A stretch of 63,277 bases of DNA, counting the filler, from Tortispora ganteri (taxonomy: Eukaryota), in assembly GCA_003707115.1 (NCBI GenBank). It is 50 parts of 50 records of this genome, joined end to end, with 100 filler letters (N's around TTAATTAATTAA, not from the genome) between each part and the next. Parts side by side here need not be neighbours in the genome. Positions count along the whole stretch, not along the records: positions 11,195 to 12,431 come from PPNB01000194.1; positions 12,532 to 13,750 come from PPNB01000195.1; positions 13,851 to 15,069 come from PPNB01000196.1; positions 15,170 to 16,387 come from PPNB01000197.1; positions 16,488 to 17,702 come from PPNB01000198.1; positions 17,803 to 19,074 come from PPNB01000199.1; positions 19,175 to 20,387 come from PPNB01000200.1; positions 20,488 to 21,697 come from PPNB01000201.1; 42 more parts are not named here. One strand, 5' to 3'. Below, piece by piece: positions 11,095-23,543 of the stretch. The stretch's first letter is position 1; every line of letters starts with the position of its first letter. The notes beneath the pieces are model-generated. The model was not told the origin of the DNA, ran no database searches, and saw nothing but the letters and a program-made list of their open reading frames with translations. Position numbers and translations under genes: made by a program.

Positions 11095-12531
11095 NNNNNN
11101 NNNNNNNNNNNNNNNNNNNNNNNNNNNNNNNNNNNNNNTTAATTAATTAANNNNNNNNNNNNNNNNNNNNNNNNNNNNNNNNNNNNNNNNNNNNTAAGAA
11201 TCTAGATGTAATATTGTTGTCATTTGGATCAAAATGCAAGTAGCTATTGATTCTGTAGTTGCAGTCGGAGCAATGCGAAATATAAAGATAGAGGAGTGGT
11301 TCAAATGTGTGTTTACATTCACTGGTGTGGGAGTATAGCAAAAAGGAAATAAAGTGTAAATTGCTATGGTAACAAGTAACATCTGGTGAGCATCTGATTT
11401 CAGGCACGGTTACGGTCTGTGCGACTCAAAATGAGATAAGTCATTTCATGTTATAGGAATTGTTCAGTGAGAGTCATAATTTTACAAGAATTTGTGGAGT
11501 GAATAAACTGAGCCGTTGCGTTGGAGAGATAGGATATGAGCTATAAGACGGGTCATAAGTCATCGATCGTTACTTGATTAGGCGAAGACAACCCTGGAAC
11601 GTCACCACCTCGATCATTGATACTTGGAAGTACATATCGATGAAGTACTAACAGCTGAATTAGCTTTAATGGTTCAAATCTGTGTGTTGCTTTGGAGCGT
11701 TTCGATTTAGATTGGTGTTGGTATACTACGGAGAAATCCGTGAAGACTCGGACGGAAAACAAAGTTTAACATGTAGGATGAGGTATGATTGGTTAAGAAT
11801 TGAGTTTTTGACAGTTTAAGAAGCTCAGAACCTAGAACTGCGGCCGAGCTCTTGGACTCGCGGACAGGGTTAAAAGTTTTAACGGAGGAACTGGTCGTGT
11901 GCGCTCGCGAACTTGTCTGTTTGTATGATTACAACATGGGCATAGAAAATCTAACTAGGTAAGAGAGAGATAGGAGGGTGACAAGTCAGTAATTGCGATA
12001 AGTGATAGATAATGATAATGTGATGTATATCAATAAAATGAACAAATAAAAAATCAGATACGAGTAATGGCTATATAAGCATCAGATAAAACTTTATTAT
12101 GCTGCCAAGTTAAGCCTTTTGTTAAAACAAGATTCATCATAATTCAGCCGTGTATTGTTCGTTTGAAGGAGATCGCATTATGTACACATTAAGACCAAGT
12201 AAAAATATGTAGTTTGAATCGCATAACCCAATGATAAAGAGAGTGCAAACTGATCGGTAAGTATATTGTATGTATTTTGGCGAGGCAACAGCGCGTAAGG
12301 CTTTGTAAAGGCGCCGATAGTGAGGACTTAATAACGATTAAAATTTTGCACGAGGTTAAAGTTTCGATCGGAGCGCTCAGTTTTGGATTTTGTATAAGGG
12401 ACCGGTACTAGGTGTATACAACTGGTTGAGANNNNNNNNNNNNNNNNNNNNNNNNNNNNNNNNNNNNNNNNNNNNTTAATTAATTAANNNNNNNNNNNNN
12501 NNNNNNNNNNNNNNNNNNNNNNNNNNNNNNN

Positions 12532-13750
12532 GTGAAAACCGTGAAAATCGTGAAAATCTTGAAAATCGCAAAAAACACTAAGGCTATAGCCTTGGTAAAT
12601 TTTCAGATTTCACGAAAATCTTGATTTTTTAGAAATTGCTCTTAAAGCCTCTAAAACGTCAGTAAATACTCAAATAACCGAACATTATGCTTAGAATACC
12701 TTCAGAGCCTCTTCTAGGCCTTTTACGCGGCTCATGATAGTTTGCCAATAAAACTGAGCAAATCGCAATACTCGTAAATGTCACCAAGACCACTACATCG
12801 ACTTTGAGAAACCCGCTATCTAGGGCAAACAAACTACATTGCTTTTTAGTCTTGAGGATAGGAAGATGCACTTCCCCGTGGGTCTTGTAGCTATTCCTGT
12901 ACTATTTGATCGTCGATGGTCTTGTCGGTTGGCTTCTGATGAATCTCTGAGATTCTGGCCGGTTGGACTATGATAGCACTGGCATGCATGTACACGCGAT
13001 CGATGACTTGACACCACAGGCTGTTGTCTCAAGAGCCCAATGGCTAATTTTATTATTCCTGGACGCTGTTAACCTTCGATTGAGCGCATCCTGTGTAAGT
13101 TGTTCGCGTGCGTTGCTCAATGTATACGGTCGTCGACAAGAGGTGGAGTAAGCCTAGTGAAGGAGAGCAAACAGCGCCCCCTATTGGCTATAAATATCAC
13201 GTGCAAACACCTATACCCTTGAATAAAGTTTTTTTGGACTGAAGAAAGATGTCGAGCCATGCATCCTATTGGCTATATATCAGGTGATATACCCTATACC
13301 CTGATTTAAAGTTGCGCAAAATCACTGAAAGGCCAAAATAACCCTGAACCCTTCCCGAGAAAACGGGAAACCCTAACCTGATTTTCGAGGCTTCTGATTG
13401 GCTGCCCGTAAACTTTAACCTTAATTGTGAATTAGGGCTTCTGATTGGTCAGTTTCAAACTTTAACCTTATTTTGTACCGTGGCTTCTGATTGGTCGATC
13501 TAAAAGCTTAACCTTCGATCTAAAACCTTAACCTTCGATCGGATCGATCGCCTCTGATTGGTCGATCTAAAACTTTAACCTTCGATCTAAAACCTTAACC
13601 TTCGATCGGATCGATCGCCTCTGATTGGTCGATCTAAAAGCTTAACTTTCGATCTAAAACTTTAACCTTCGATCGGATCGATCGCCTCTGATTGGTCGAT
13701 CTAAAAGCTTAACCTTCGATCTAAAACTTTAACCTTCGATCGGATCGATC
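12532..13750 (-). repeat. Long non-coding repeat family, second copy of the array/right flank
   Basis: Reverse-complement match to 5688-6968 with scattered SNPs. Confidence 0.9.
13179..13204 (+). promoter_or_regulatory. ATTGG(CCAAT)-TATAAA-ATCACGTG cluster in the repeat flank
   Basis: CCCTATTGGCTATAAATATCACGTG, conserved in the copies at ~6302-6326 and ~56200-56224. Function not shown. Confidence 0.4.
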
Positions 13751-13850
13751 NNNNNNNNNNNNNNNNNNNNNNNNNNNNNNNNNNNNNNNNNNNNTTAATT
13801 AATTAANNNNNNNNNNNNNNNNNNNNNNNNNNNNNNNNNNNNNNNNNNNN

Positions 13851-14900
13851 TCTTCTTCTTCTTCTCCCTCTCCTTCTCCTTCTTCCTCCTCTTCTTCCTC
13901 TTCCTCTTCCTCTTCCTCTTCTTCTCCTTCTCCGTCTCCCTCTCCTTCTTCCTCCTCTCATTCTTCTTCTTCTCCGTCTCCGTCTTCCTCTTCCTCTTCC
14001 TCTTCCTCTTCCTCTTCCTCTTCCTCTTCTTCCTCTTCTTCCTCTTCCTCTTCTTCCTCTTCCTCTTCTTCTTCTTCCTCTTCCTCTTCCTCTTCCTCTT
14101 CTTCCTCTTCCTCTTCTTCTTCCTCTTCTCCTTCTCCTTCTTCCTCCTCTTCTTCCTCTTCTTCCTCTTCCTCTTCCTCTCCTTCTCCTTCTCCTTCTTC
14201 CTCTTCTTCCTCTTCCTCTTCTTCTTCTTCTTCTTCTTCTTCTCCTTCTTCTTCCTCCTCTTCCTCCTCCTCTTCTGAATGTCCTACACAAGTGCCTGCT
14301 TCAGCTTGCTGCTCTGTTGATTACCCATCTGATGAAGCGTACCTTGCCGTGTATCCTACAATTGCTGAAGATTGGAATTCTGAATACATTGCAGCCGGCA
14401 TGTATAGACTGGAATCTCGAAGTCAGGAGGATGTTAGTATACATAACACAGAGTTTTGGATTCCCACTTTCGACATGCCGACGAATTGGGTTTTATACGA
14501 ACTTCTAGCATATATTCAACCGCATGAATCATTGGATGAATTCTTTTTCAGCACTAGATTTGGAAACTTTACCACGGAGCCCGGCGCAGTGCATATTTCT
14601 TTATATGTCTTTATAGGAGATTCAGCTATGATGTGCAACAATATCAGTGTGATAGGGGACGATACCATTGCCCTTAGAACGTCTCGTAACCTTCCAGCTG
14701 AACTTTTCGAGATAATCCACATAAATACCCCACTGCCCGTTAGCCTGCAGCAGAATTCATGGTATCCCCTTCGTTTTGTTTTTATTACTCAAGTCAGTGT
14801 AAACCATGTATATTGCATGAGTTATTTAGAATTCCCGAAGGGTGTATCCGTTAAAGGTATCGAAAGCATCGATTCGCTCTATCCTTTGGGTTCCAGTTGA
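13851..14900 (+). CDS. 3' part of adhesin gene type A, C-terminal domain variant 2
   Basis: Poly-Ser tract (SPSPSPSSSSHSSSSPSP) overlaps contig 51706-52810; ends PLGSS-TGA. Confidence 0.85.
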   Translation, partial: SSSSSPSPSPSSSSSSSSSSSSSSSPSPSPSPSSSSHSSSSPSPSSSSSSSSSSSSSSSSSSSSSSSSSSSSSSSSSSSSSSSSSSSSSSSSSPSPSSSSSSSSSSSSSSPSPSPSSSSSSSSSSSSSSSSPSSSSSSSSSSECPTQVPASACCSVDYPSDEAYLAVYPTIAEDWNSEYIAAGMYRLESRSQEDVSIHNTEFWIPTFDMPTNWVLYELLAYIQPHESLDEFFFSTRFGNFTTEPGAVHISLYVFIGDSAMMCNNISVIGDDTIALRTSRNLPAELFEIIHINTPLPVSLQQNSWYPLRFVFITQVSVNHVYCMSYLEFPKGVSVKGIESIDSLYPLGSS

Positions 14901-15169
14901 TCTGGAGTTACACAAATTTAGTCAATCTCTCCTCAACTTTAATGTACACTGATCACTCGCACATATGGCATCTTGACTCCAATAGGCTGGTTTTATGCCA
15001 TGTAACCCTGAAAGTACTTTGCTTACCTTGCTATATTTTGATAGATAACTCAATTCTATCTTTTTATGCNNNNNNNNNNNNNNNNNNNNNNNNNNNNNNN
15101 NNNNNNNNNNNNNTTAATTAATTAANNNNNNNNNNNNNNNNNNNNNNNNNNNNNNNNNNNNNNNNNNNN

Positions 15170-16387
15170 ACTTCGATGTGGCCAAACAGCACTGCTTCCT
15201 GGTACAATTCGACGACTTCTATGTGGCCAAACAGCACCGCTTCATGGATGAATTCTACGACTTCGATGTGGCCAAACAGCACTGCTTCATGGATCAACTC
15301 CACAACTTCGATGTGGCCAAACAGCACTGCTTCCTGGTACAATTCGACGACTTCGATGTGGCTAAACAGCACAGCTTCATGGATGAATTCTACGACTTCG
15401 ATGTGGCCAAACAGCACTGCTTCCTGGTACAATTCGACGACTTCTATGTGGCCTAATAGCACTGCTTCCTGGTACAACTCGACGACTTCGATGTGGCCTA
15501 ATAGCACCGCTTCATGGATGAATTCTACGACTTCGATGTGGCCAAACAGCACTGCTTCGTGGAATAGCTCAGTAACAAGTGCGTCTTCGATCAACTCGAC
15601 GACTTCTATGTGGCCAAATAGTACCTCGTCGTGGATGAATTCGACGAGTTCGATGTGGCCTAACAGCACTGCTTCGTGGAATAGCTCAGTAACAAGTGCG
15701 TCTTCGATCAACTCGACGACTTCTATGTGGCCAAATAGTACCTCGTCGTGGATGAATTCGACGAGTTCGATGTGGCCTAATAGCACCTCTTCGTGGATGA
15801 ATTTGACGAGTTCGATGTGGCCTAATAGCACTGCTTCGTGGAATAGCTCAGTAACAAGTGCGTCTTTGATCAACTCAACGACTTCTATGTGGCCAAATAG
15901 TACCTCTTCGTGGATGAATTCGACGAGTTCGATGTGGCCTAATAGCACATCTTCGTGGAATAGCTCAGTAACAAGTGCGTCTTTGATCAACTCGACGACT
16001 TCTATGTGGCCTAATAGCACCGCTTCGTGGAATAGCTCAGTAGCAAGTGCGTCTTTGATCAACTCGACGACTTCTATGTGGCCAAATAGCACCGCTTCGT
16101 GGAATAGCTCTGTAGCAAGTGCGTCTTCCATCAACTCGACAACTTCGATGTCGCCAAATAGCACTGCTTCGTGGAATAGTTCTATGACATCTGCATCTTT
16201 GATTAACTCAACGACTTCGATGTCGCCAAATAGCACTGCTTCGTTGAATAGTTCTATGATATCGGCATCTTTGATTAACTCAACGACTTCGATGTCGCCA
16301 AATAGCACTGCTTCGTTGAATAGTTCTATGATATCTGCATCTGTGATTAACTCAACGACTTCGATGTCGCCAAATAGCACTGCTTCG
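15170..16387 (+). CDS. Internal adhesin fragment, SMWPNSTASWxNSTT repeats
   Basis: 15/26-aa repeats with N-x-S/T sequons. The same repeat is joined to a family domain in 56469-57543. Confidence 0.8.
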
Positions 16388-16487
16388 NNNNNNNNNNNNN
16401 NNNNNNNNNNNNNNNNNNNNNNNNNNNNNNNTTAATTAATTAANNNNNNNNNNNNNNNNNNNNNNNNNNNNNNNNNNNNNNNNNNNN

Positions 16488-17702
16488 CCTCGTCTGGCTC
16501 TACCTCGTCTGTAGTGTCATCCTCTGGCTCTGCCTCGTCTGGATCAGCGTCGTCTGTAGTGTCTGCCTCGTCTGAATCAGCGTCGTCTAATTCAGCGTCA
16601 TCCTCTGGCTCTGCCTCGTCTGGCTCTACCTCGTCTGTAGTGTCATCCTCTGGCTCTGCCTCGTCTGGCTCAGTGTCGTCTGGCTCTGCCTCGTCTGGAT
16701 CAGCGTCGTCTAACTCAGCATCCTCTGGCTCTGTCTCCTCTAATTCAGCGTCATCCTCTGGCTCTGCCTCGTCTGGCTCTACCTCGTCTGTAGTGTCATC
16801 CTCTGGCTCTGCCTCGTCTGGCTCTACCTCGTCTGGATCGTTGTCTTCTGGCTCAGTTTCATCTGGATCGTTATCGTCTAACTCAGCGTCGTCTAACTCA
16901 GCGTCATCCTCTGGCTCAGCGTCGTCTAACTCAGCATCCTCTGGCTCTGTCTCCTCTGGTTCAGCTTCCTCTGGATCAGCTTCCTCTGGCTCTACCTCGT
17001 CTGTAGTGTCATCGTCTGGATCAGCGTCGTCTGGATCAGCATCGTCTGGATCGTTATCATCTGGCTCAGCGTCGTCTGGCTCAGCTTCCTCTGGCTCTGC
17101 CTCGTCTGGCTCAGTGTCGTCTGGCTCTGCCTCGTCTGGCTCTGCCTCGTCTGGCTCTGCCTCGTCTGGCTCTACCTCGTCTGTAGTGTCGTCGTCTGGC
17201 TCTGCCTCGTCTGGATCAGCGTCGTCTAACTCAGCGTCGTCTAATTCAGCGTCATCTGGATCAGCGTCATCCTCTGGCTCTGCCTCGTCTGGCTCTACCT
17301 CGTCTGTAGTGTCATCCTCTGGCTCTGCCTCGTCTGGCTCAGCGTCTTCTGGTTCAGCTTCCTCTGGCTCTGCCTCGTCTGGCTCTGCCTCGTCTGGATC
17401 AGCGTCGTCTAACTCAGCGTCGTCTAATTCAGCGTCGTCTAATTCAGCGTCGTCTGTAGTGTCATCCTCTGGCTCAGCTTCCTCTGGCTCTGCCTCGTCT
17501 GGCTCTACCTCGTCTGTAGTGTCATCCTCTGGCTCTGCCTCGTCTGGCTCTACCTCGTCTGTAGTGTCATCCTCTGGCTCTGCGTCATCTGGCTCTGCCT
17601 CGTCTGGATCTGCCTCATCTGGATCTGCCTCATCTGGCTCAGTGTCGTCTGGCTCTGCCTCGTCTGGATCAGCGTCGTCTAACTCAGCATCCTCTGGCTC
17701 TG
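16488..17702 (+). CDS. Internal adhesin fragment, GSASS repeats
   Basis: Open Ser/Gly/Ala frame across the contig. Confidence 0.75.
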
Positions 17703-17802
17703 NNNNNNNNNNNNNNNNNNNNNNNNNNNNNNNNNNNNNNNNNNNNTTAATTAATTAANNNNNNNNNNNNNNNNNNNNNNNNNNNNNNNNNNNNNNNNNN
17801 NN

Positions 17803-19074
17803 TCGGTGCACTGCTGGAGGCAGATGGAATTGCAGGAGATGATAATGTACTTGGAACAGAAGTCACGCTAGAACTTGAGGTGATACTCGATCCTGGTGCG
17901 GCAGAAGAGCTGGGAAGAGCGGAAGATTCCAAGCTAACGCTAGAATCAGAAACGGTAGATGACCCAGAGGCGATAGAGGATCCCGATGCAATGGAGCTAG
18001 GTGCAACCGATGACTCGGAGGCAACAGAGGATCCTGAGGCAACAGAACTGGGTGTAACAGAGGATCCTGAGGCAATGGAGCTAGGCGCAACTGATGACTC
18101 GGAGGCAACAGAGGATCCTGAGGCAACAGAACTGGGTGTAACAGAAGATCCTGAGGCAATGGAGCTAGGCGCAACTGATGACTCGGAGGCAACAGAGGAT
18201 CCTGAGGCAACAGAACTGGGTGCAACAGAAGATCCTGAGGCAATGGAGCTAGGTGCAACTGAAGATCCTGAGGCAACAGAGCTAGGTGCAACTGAAGATC
18301 CTGAGGCAACTGAGCTAGGTGAAACTGACGACTCGGAGGCAACAGAGGATCCTGAGGCAACTGAGCTATGTGCAACAGAGGATCCTGAGGCAACGGAGCT
18401 AGGTGAAACTGACGACTCGGAGGCAACAGAGGATCCTGAGGCAACGGAACTGGGTGCAACAGAGGATCCTGAGACAATCGAGCTAGGCGCAACTGACGAC
18501 TCGGAGACGATCGAGCTAGGCGCAACTGACGACTGGGAGACGATCGAGCTAGGAGCAACTGATGATCCCGAAAAAACACTGGATACAGATAGAATCGATA
18601 AGGTAGAAGTCAATGAAGGAATAGGGTTAACGGGCTCAGGTGATGCACTTGTAGAAGCAGACACAGATATGGATATTGTCTCGCCACTACTAGTAGTGAA
18701 CACAATAGTCACTGTCACGGAGACTCCGGCTTGACGTTTGAATCGAGCCGCCGATCCAAAGGCCGTAACAGGAATTACTATACGTATTGGGTAGAAGTGT
18801 CCAGCAGCAAAGTCGACGGGAAAACTAGCTTTGAAGTCATTTGAACTAGCCAGTGGGGCAGTGGCAGAAGAGCCAGAAGAGCCAATAAGGTCCATGTTAT
18901 CGCACCGCATAGCCAATTCGCCATCAAAGAGGTAGGCGTAAGTATCTGCAAGATTACTAGGATCCTGTGCTTGTACATCTACAAACGCGATGTCAGCTGA
19001 GGGTTCAAGGTAAAACAGGTACTCGACGTAGCCTTGTTCGGAAACTGATGCCGATATAGAGTTTGACGAGACCG
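17803..19074 (-). CDS. Internal fragment of adhesin type B (domain plus GSSVAPSS repeats)
   Basis: Near-identical to 8449-9741. Confidence 0.85.
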
Positions 19075-19174
19075 NNNNNNNNNNNNNNNNNNNNNNNNNN
19101 NNNNNNNNNNNNNNNNNNTTAATTAATTAANNNNNNNNNNNNNNNNNNNNNNNNNNNNNNNNNNNNNNNNNNNN

Positions 19175-19515
19175 GAAGACAATAATTGTGATCTTTAACG
19201 TATTGTAGATTCCGCAGGTTTAGCAGATTCTGCAGAAGTTTAGGCCCAGCCCGTTACAGAATCAGATCCAATCCATCGGAAAGCCGGGTAATTCGTAGTA
19301 CGCTCATAGTAGAAAAGATCATGAAGACAATAATTGTGATCTTTAACGTATTGTAGATTCCGCAGGTTTAGCAAATTCTGCAGAAGTTCAGGCCCAGCCC
19401 ATCAGAAAATCAGATCCAGTTCATCGGAAAGCCGGGTAATTCGTAGTATATACTAAAAGTAGGAAATATCATGAAGACAATAATAGCGATCTTTAACGTA
19501 TTGTAGATTTCGTAA
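19175..19515 (+). repeat. ~149-bp tandem repeat, ~2.3 copies
   Basis: GAAGACAATAAT...CTTTAACGTATTGTAGATT starts at 19175, 19323 and 19473. The motif CATCGGAAAGCCGGGTAAT also occurs at ~46955 and ~62313. Confidence 0.85.
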
Positions 19516-20487
19516 AGCATAAAGGTGTTTTATCGTAAGTGGCTGTACGAAGAATTTCAAACTTATATTAGATCCCCTTGCAATGTTTAGTCTCTTCCAA
19601 CCCAGTGATGCAACGTTGAAATACACTCCCGGTTTTTCCAATATATCAAGGCTGAGATAAACTAACAAAAAACAATCAGTTTCAGCTACCTTACTAAAAA
19701 ACGGCAAAATGCTTGCATACATATTAACAAACCTTCTCCCTCCATTGCAAACAGACGCGTGTATCAATTTCAAGAGGCAAATTCAGCTCATTTCCTTACA
19801 AATAATTTCCGTTCGCCGGGTAACTTGCAAGCTATATCTTTCTTGAGCAATAATTTCACACAGATTTATTGGAACGTTCGATATAAATCAAACTATTTGT
19901 TGTTGTCAAAAAGTAAATAAAGATTCGGACATTCGTTAACAATTGCATTTGACTCTACCCTAACCCGATGCACTTCCGTCAAATTTTCTGTTAACCCTGA
20001 ATCGGCTTCTATTGCTTTCGTGCATGTTTATTAAAGAAATAGTTTAATCTCTTTTAGTAAATTAATTACTTGATTTATATTTGATCTCTTCTGCTTATTT
20101 TTAGGTAAGTTTAAATGTCATCGCTTGATTGGTGGCGAGCATTAATTTGACCTGATATCTCGTCAAATAACTCCCATCCGTCAATTTCCCAACTCTGTTT
20201 GACTTAAGGCCTCTAGCATTCGTCAACTTAGAATAACTTTTATCTTTGAGTTAGGTCAATTTGAAAACAGTCAAATTTATACTTATTGCAATGAATCCGC
20301 TGTCGCGCGTTGTCGGGCGGGCGGGTCGTCGCGGGTCGTCGTGGTCCGCGGTTCGTGGTTCGTGGTTCGTGGTTTGTGGTTTGTGGTNNNNNNNNNNNNN
20401 NNNNNNNNNNNNNNNNNNNNNNNNNNNNNNNTTAATTAATTAANNNNNNNNNNNNNNNNNNNNNNNNNNNNNNNNNNNNNNNNNNNN

Positions 20488-21697
20488 TATTTGGCGAAAT
20501 CGAACTCGTTGAGTTGATCGAAGACGCACTTGTTACTGAGCTATTCCACGAAGCAGTGCTATTAGGCCACATCGAACTTGTCGAATTCATCCACGAAGAT
20601 GTGCTATTAGGCCACATCGAACTCGTCGAATTCATCCACGAAGAGGTACTATTTGGCCACACAGAAGTCGTCGAGTTGATCGAAGACGCACTTGTTACTG
20701 AGCTATTCCACAAAGAGGTGCTATTAGGCCACATCGAACTCGTAGCATTGATCCACGAAGACGTACTATTAGGCCACATAGAAGTCGTCGAGTTGATCGA
20801 AGATGTGCTATTAGGCCACATCGAACTCGTCGAGTTCATCAACGAAGAAGTACTATTATGCCACATCGAACTCGTAGCATTCATCCACGAAGACGTACTA
20901 TTAGGCCACATAGAAGTCGTTGAGTTGATTGAGGACGCACTTGTTAATGAACTATTCCACGAAGCCGTGCTATTAGGCCACATCGAACTCGTCGAATTCA
21001 TCCACGATGAGGTACTATTAGGCCACATCGAACTCGTCGAATTGATCGAAGACGCACTTGTTACTGAGCTATTCCACGAAGCGGTGCTATTAGGCCACAT
21101 CGAACTCGTCGAATTCATCCACGAAGAGGTACTATTAGGCCACATCGAACTCGTCGAATTCATCCACGAAGAGGTACTATTAGGCCACATAGATGTCGTA
21201 GAGTTAATCCACGAAGAGGTACTATTTGGCCACATAGAAGTCGTCGAATTCATCCACGAAGAGGTACTATTAGGCCACATCGAACTCGTCGAGTTGATCG
21301 AAGACGCACTTGTTACTGAGCTATTCCATGAAGAGGTGCTATTAGGCCACATCGAACTCGTAGAGTTAATCCATGAAGAGGTACTATTAGGCCACATCGA
21401 ACTCGTAGAGTTAATCCACGAAGAGGTACTATTTGGCCACATCGAACTCGTCGAATTCATCCACGAAGAGGTACTATTAGGCCACATAGATGTCGTAGAG
21501 TTAATCCACGAAGACGTACTATTAGGCCACATAGATGTCGTCGAGTTGATCGAAGACGCACTTGTTACTGAGCTATTCCACAAAGAGGTGCTATTAGGCC
21601 AGATCGAACTCGTCGAATTCATCCACGAAGAGGTACTATTAGGCCACATCGAACTCGTAGAGTTAATCCATGAAGAGGTACTATTAGGCCACATAGA
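20488..21697 (-). CDS. Internal adhesin fragment, MWPNSTSSW repeats
   Basis: Same repeat family as 15170-16387. Confidence 0.8.
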
Positions 21698-21797
21698 NNN
21701 NNNNNNNNNNNNNNNNNNNNNNNNNNNNNNNNNNNNNNNNNTTAATTAATTAANNNNNNNNNNNNNNNNNNNNNNNNNNNNNNNNNNNNNNNNNNNN

Positions 21798-22998
21798 TGA
21801 AGTGGTTTCCCCTTTCAGTAATGATGAAAGAGAGAAAATAAAGACAGAGGAAGGTCAAGAGGGTGTCTACCAATAAATAGGGGATATATGTAGAGTATAT
21901 ATGAGATAATGTGGATTAAAAAGAGATGGAGATGGAAGTGAATGATATACTCGGTGATAGCGGAGATTAGACGAGGTCACTTAAGATTGGATCAGGCTAG
22001 AAATAAGGATAAGATTCTGACAGATTCCCTGATCTAGTCTGGCACCTATAAAGGCATTCCACTATGTTGCTACCGATTCTAGTGCCGATTTATCTGAAAT
22101 ATTTGCGGCGATGTATATGTAGGAAACTACTAAGTCCAGAGCAAAATACCTGACCTTCGTTAGTTGTTAGCTATTTCAAGTCAAATACTGATTCGATGTA
22201 TGTATTATTTACACTGAATAGCATTGTTAAAGCAGTTGAGAGTGGTATTATGTTCATGGCTGGACCTGTCGTAGCCATAGTCGGCGATTGGCAGTGATGG
22301 TCGTAGTTCGTACAACACCAGGCTGTAACTGGACAGTGCGAGTACGGCGTTCTTCAAGATCATATTTGGCTCAGCTCTGCGCTGGTACTCATTTTAGATT
22401 GTTTTTGTTATTGAACAGTACCATCAGCTGGGCGCGTAGAGTACGTTTTGGACTTTACTGCACTCAGCGTAAAGGGTTCATTTTCAGGATATGATATCCA
22501 TTCGGGCGTTTAAATTTACACTTATAGACATATTTATTAATGCATGTTTGACTGAATGTGAATAAACAGGCATGAATTTGTCCATGTGAATTGCCAAAAC
22601 GATCGATACTAAAATACGGTGTCTGGAAATCCGACTGAACAAACGCTAGCTGAACTTAAAATTTAATTAAATGAGCGAGAGAAGATTAGTGCGATAACCG
22701 CAGCTGTATTGCAAACTGCAAACTACAAATTGCAGCATGGCAGCAATGATCGTGGACCAATAAATCATTGAAGCAGAGCCTGGCAGGTTGTATACTTTAT
22801 TGCTGAACGAGTGAACGGAATGCAGGGTGTATTATAAAATAGTCATTGAGCGGTACATGCCGAATATGATCACAGTCGGTCAAGCAGATAATAAGGTTCT
22901 TAAATTTTGCTTTCGGTAGATTCTAGAGCGCAACGAAGTTGGTGAACCTTGATATTGGCATATCGCACTATAAAAAGATTGAGGATTTCATTAACTGA
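21798..22998 (+). repeat. Intergenic spacer variant of the adhesin gene array
   Basis: ~21950-21972 and ~22535-22720 match the 3' flank of 61103-61702. ~22890-22998 matches ~45700-45808, upstream of the MVQTIY start. Confidence 0.7.
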
Positions 22999-23278
22999 NN
23001 NNNNNNNNNNNNNNNNNNNNNNNNNNNNNNNNNNNNNNNNNNTTAATTAATTAANNNNNNNNNNNNNNNNNNNNNNNNNNNNNNNNNNNNNNNNNNNNAG
23101 TTTGCAATACAGCTGCGGTTATCGCACTAGTCTCCTCTCGCTCATTTAATTAAATCTTAAGTTCACCTAGCATTTGTTCAGTAGGCTTTCCAGATACCGC
23201 ACTTTTAGTATCGATAGTTTTGGCAATTCACGTAGACAATGCCTGCTCATTTACATTCAGTCAAACATGCATCAATAG

Positions 23279-23429
23279 TAGGGGTGGCGGGGGTTTTTAT
23301 ATATATTGAATTACTATTTCGGGACGTCACGTGACTTGTGCTTATTTCCGTTTCGGGAAGTCACGTGCTTATGATTATTCCCAATTCGGACTGTCCCAAT
23401 CGGGAAATTATCTACACTCTATCTTATCC
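23279..23429 (+). mobile_element. Possible truncated hAT-like transposon end
   Basis: Starts TAGGGGTGGCGG where homology to the 21798-22998 spacer stops. Contains repeated TCGGGA and GTCACGTG motifs. Second copy at ~61813-61964 (reverse). Confidence 0.35.
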
Positions 23430-23472
23430 ATCTAATCTCCGCTATCGCCGAGATTAGTCTCCATTCCCCTTC

Positions 23473-23507
<35 letters not shown>

Positions 23508-23543
23508 CCCATCCCCACACTCCTTGAAACGATCAATTTATAA

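Noticed and set aside
11195..12431. Possible gene or transposon in this contig
   Set aside because: Only short ORFs without recognisable motifs; left unannotated.
15118..16380. Long HIEVVEL, ATEDPE, PDDAE, QMTLS and VSVGTP ORFs
   Set aside because: Antisense or shifted frames of tandem repeats that happen to lack stops. Only the Ser/Thr-rich frames join the conserved domains.
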